A stretch of 64,000 nt of DNA from Tubulanus polymorphus (Eukaryota > Animalia > Nemertea), in assembly GCF_964204645.1 (NCBI RefSeq), contig NC_134028.1, positions 6,758,001 through 6,822,000 on the forward strand, given 5' to 3'. Shown in pieces: positions 60,325 to 64,000 of this stretch. Position 1 is the first letter of the stretch, and each line of letters starts with the position of its first letter. The position numbers and the translations under genes are program-made. Under the pieces are notes generated by a model. The model was not told the DNA's origin. It ran no database searches and saw nothing but the letters and a program-made list of their open reading frames with translations.

Positions 60325-60409
60325 TCGGCGGAGCGATATCAGACGCCGGAGAATATCACTGACTTTTGCCGATCTAACACATTGCTGATTATCTTGTCTA
60401 TTCTTCGTC

Positions 60410-62913
60410 ATGGTAGGTTTTTCATTTATTTCAATATCGCTTTGTTTTCATTTCATTTCATTTCTTGAATTTTCTCAGCCATGCCTTGTTTAAGGTGAAT
60501 ATTCGTATACCAACATCATTTGCGTTAGTTTTTCATTGAAAACAGACTATATGCTTGCGATTTATATCTATATATACAATCGCAGTAATTTGATAAAACG
60601 ACGATTGTGTTTGTTAGAATAGTGAATTAGATTCATCTTGTGGTTGAAAAAGAACGGACAGTTAACTATATCATAAGGATCGGTAGAAGGTCGCGTTGGC
60701 GAGTAAATATATTAGTTTATCTTGAGGTCGTGTTCCTGATACATTGCAGAACACTGATAAACAGTTACGATGAATAGAATTCTTAAGATATTTCTGTAGT
60801 CGATTTTTTAGTATAGCCGGACATTGTGTCATTAAAATCCGTAAAACTTGACCTATCCAATTATCGAGGGAGACCTTTAGGATGTGTTCAGAAATTTTGA
60901 AATCACTTAGCGACTTTTTCTCGCCCTGAAAATTTACAACAAATGTTATAGGGAAGGCTCCAGTTACCAGGCGCCATTTTGCGGTGGACCCGCGGGTCCC
61001 GCATATTGTTGGACAGATTTTAACAGTTTTTTACACTAAAAACCTTTGCGCGATTTATTGTTGCCAATCTCCCGTTCGGTACAAAAATTAAAGTTATGAT
61101 TCGTTAGAAAGGTGACGATCTCTTTTTCCTGATGGTATTTATTTCATTTGCTGCACAGTTACAGTTTTGAGATAATAAGTCACTTTTAGGAAGGTGCTTC
61201 AAGAAATGCGCGCGCGAATGGTTGACGGTCGATTTTCTGCATGTCATATATTCAAAGCTTCACGGCAATTTTCAAAATTTAAGGATACGGTGGTGTCCTT
61301 ATTTTGTTTGTAAAAAAAAAGATTGTAAAAATATTCTTAAATTAGGATTTGCTCTATCAATTTGTCCCCGAGAAGCCTCCGAACAGGCGATGGTATTGGT
61401 GAACGCAAAGCTTCTCGTAATTCGCAAATTCGACCAGAATTCGTTTCTCATTTCAACCTGTACAGTGTCGCTTGTATTAGGAAAAATGGCGAATCATGTT
61501 CTTCGTAAAGTGCTAATTGGTTGTTGGTTTCAATTGATGTAAGGTGTATTGGCAATTAGTCGATGCTAATTTGAAGCTTATTTCCCTGCATAGAATATTC
61601 ATATAATTTTTCCGTGATGTTTAATAAATCTACAGAATTATTCGTATTGCATCATATTCTAATGCGGCTGAGAAAATTTTTTCTAAAACTATTTTTCATT
61701 TTCCGAATACTCTCATCTTTCAGTTTGAAAAAGAAACTCTTATCTGTATGTGTCTAATTTCTAGGGTCTCACCGGAGATGAAATCGCTGCTGTGAAAAGT
61801 ACGTTCAAAACGTTTGAAACTGATCTGGAGGGATCTGGAACTATTTTCTATGTCGAGTAAGTTTCGTTTTAACGAACAAAATTCTGAAACCGTGTACTTG
61901 TGAGAGTTCAAAAAGGTCGAGGATGCAGACGACACCCCTATCAAATCCAAGTTCCGTATTTCTAGTTCCGATTTTTTTTTTCACAGTCCCGAAATTTCAT
62001 AAATATTTAGCCTTAATATGTCCAGAAAACACTTCGAATTTTATCAAATTACGAATAAAACATTCAAGCAATTTCAAGGATTTAGAAATGCTTGTTTACC
62101 GTCGGCGCTCGGCGGATACGGCGCAAGGCATATAGTTCCGCTCGTAACAACGAGCACGGGCTCCTGTTACTTTTTTCCCGTGGGCTTTTGAAAAAACAAT
62201 GGTATTTTAGCACTTTTTCCATCCGCAAAAAAATATGGCAGCAGTCCGCAGCACAAAGATTCAGCTTAAATTCTCTCATGTGCCTTAGAAACGGTATGCA
62301 CTCGGGTGAAATTTCAAAATTTTCTAAATCCTTGTTTTGGCTGTATGGATATACTTAACTTGCCTTTTTCAGTAAGGACATGCCCTTTCAATATTTCTTC
62401 GTGCGCCTGTCAAAGTCTGCTCCTGGATCCACCCCTGGCCTCTCAAAACTCCCTAGCGTCGCCCCTGAAAAGTCATCCTTTACGAAAATGATCTTTTTAC
62501 GCAGATTCTTCGAAAAGAACCCGCAACATAAAGCCTTGTTCAAGTCTGCTGATCCGAATAATGCGCAGTTCAAACACCAGGCAAAGATGACCATGAAAAA
62601 GATTGGCGAACTGGTTGCCGCTCTCGATGGTGGCTTGGACGCAAAACTGAAAGATTTAGGTGTATTCCACAAAGGAAAAAACATCTCACCCGCTCAGTTT
62701 GCTGTACGTCACTCTGCTGTACAACGAGATTATCAATGACGATTTCATTTCGCCTTAGTTAATAACGTTTCATATTTCCAATTCTAGACATGTGAAGGAC
62801 CGATGAAGTACACTCTGTCAAAGGTACTCGGAGCCAAGTACGACGCTACGGCCCAGTCTGGTTGGGACAAAGTTCTGAAAACCATTATCGCCGGCGTTTC
62901 AAAAGAATTATAA
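60410..62913 (+). CDS. Intracellular globin 2 (139 aa), tandem paralog
   Basis: Exons 60410-60412, 61765-61856, 62505-62703, 62788-62913 have the same sizes (3/92/199/126) as globin 1. About 12 aa differences. Confidence 0.92.
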
Positions 62914-64000
62914 ACGTTTCGATTCACAATATCTATATATGCATGTTTTGTGATATGATCTGAACAGATATAACGGAACTAGTAACCGCAGGAAAAGAAT
63001 GATTAATGGATTTTATAACATGTCTGTGGACACTTTGACACAAGAGGGGATTAATGGGGACGGACCATTCTCCATCCCTTTCAAAAATTCGAATGTGCCA
63101 TCCAAAAAGGTCAAGAAACCTATTATTGCCAGAAAACAAAACTAAATTTATCATGATTAGGGCAAGAAAGGCTAATTTTGGTCCTAATTTTTCTTCGGGA
63201 AGGCCACCAGAAGCCTATACCAATCTTCGTCCTTGCAGCCCCCACATCTGTCCTTCCTCTCAAATTAAGCTCCCGTTCCAATTTCCAGGTCCAATCCTTC
63301 GAATAATCCTATACATCCGCCCTTGATAATTATGCAACGATATATTTCGTCACAAGAGCTTATATAGTGATAATTACGTATGTCTTCCATTTTGACGCCA
63401 GTGGTTTTTCCTTTATATATTATATACTCTCGTTATCGCTTTATGAATGAACTGACTAATTATATAGTTGTAAAACCTGTTTTTATTACTACCAATAAAA
63501 GACATACACGTCTTGCTGTCTAAATTTTTCGTACTTATCGCGAAAGCGCGCGTTCTATTCATTCAATTGTTATATGGTCACAGTGGAAAAGTTCAAGAAG
63601 ATGAAGTGCTATGGAACAGTGTAGAAAACTCGTACACCCAACATCCGCATTTTTCTTCCCGTGGAAAACTTAACAAGCCAGTAAAATGCAAAATATTGCC
63701 GGTTACCTGGAAGAAAATCGCCCACTCGTCGAATTAAACATCACCTACAGTTTCAAAGCCCCAAAAAGTTGGATGCTTCATAATGATAATAAAACATATA
63801 TAAGATATATGCATTTTAAACTGTCATATTTCAATTTCACGCATTATATTGGCATTTAATCTATTAATTGTGTATGCATATAGTATCGAACAAACGTTGA
63901 AGGACTAGTCTTTGTGACGTATGTCCCAATTCACTCACCTATTATCTCGTCAACTCATTTAACCTAATGCCTTCAATATAGTATCGCTAGTATGGGAGCA

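Overview
AT-rich, intron-rich animal genomic DNA. The globin and GPCR types suggest a lophotrochozoan invertebrate, possibly a nemertean (inference). In order, the window holds: (1) the 3' ~20 exons of a FRAS1 orthologue (Calx-beta repeats, C-terminal domain, TM helix; 28-11622, +); (2) a ~10-11.7 kb tandem segmental duplication (10055-21798 / 21799-32080) with a collapsed third unit inside a FRAS1 intron; each full unit carries the last four FRAS1 exons, a nested transposon and a head-to-head pair of intronless rhodopsin-class GPCRs; (3) a 5'-truncated, frameshifted non-LTR retrotransposon; (4) CEP20/FOPNL (-) head-to-head with PCYT2 (+), the latter with a U12-type intron and a candidate 21-nt microexon; (5) two tandem 139-aa globin genes with a TyrB10/GlnE7/ThrE11 distal pocket and conserved HRE/CRE/GATA-like motifs. 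MITEs, a solo LTR and a Penelope-like palindrome with a hammerhead-ribozyme core are interspersed. All exon boundaries were read by eye and no database searches were run.
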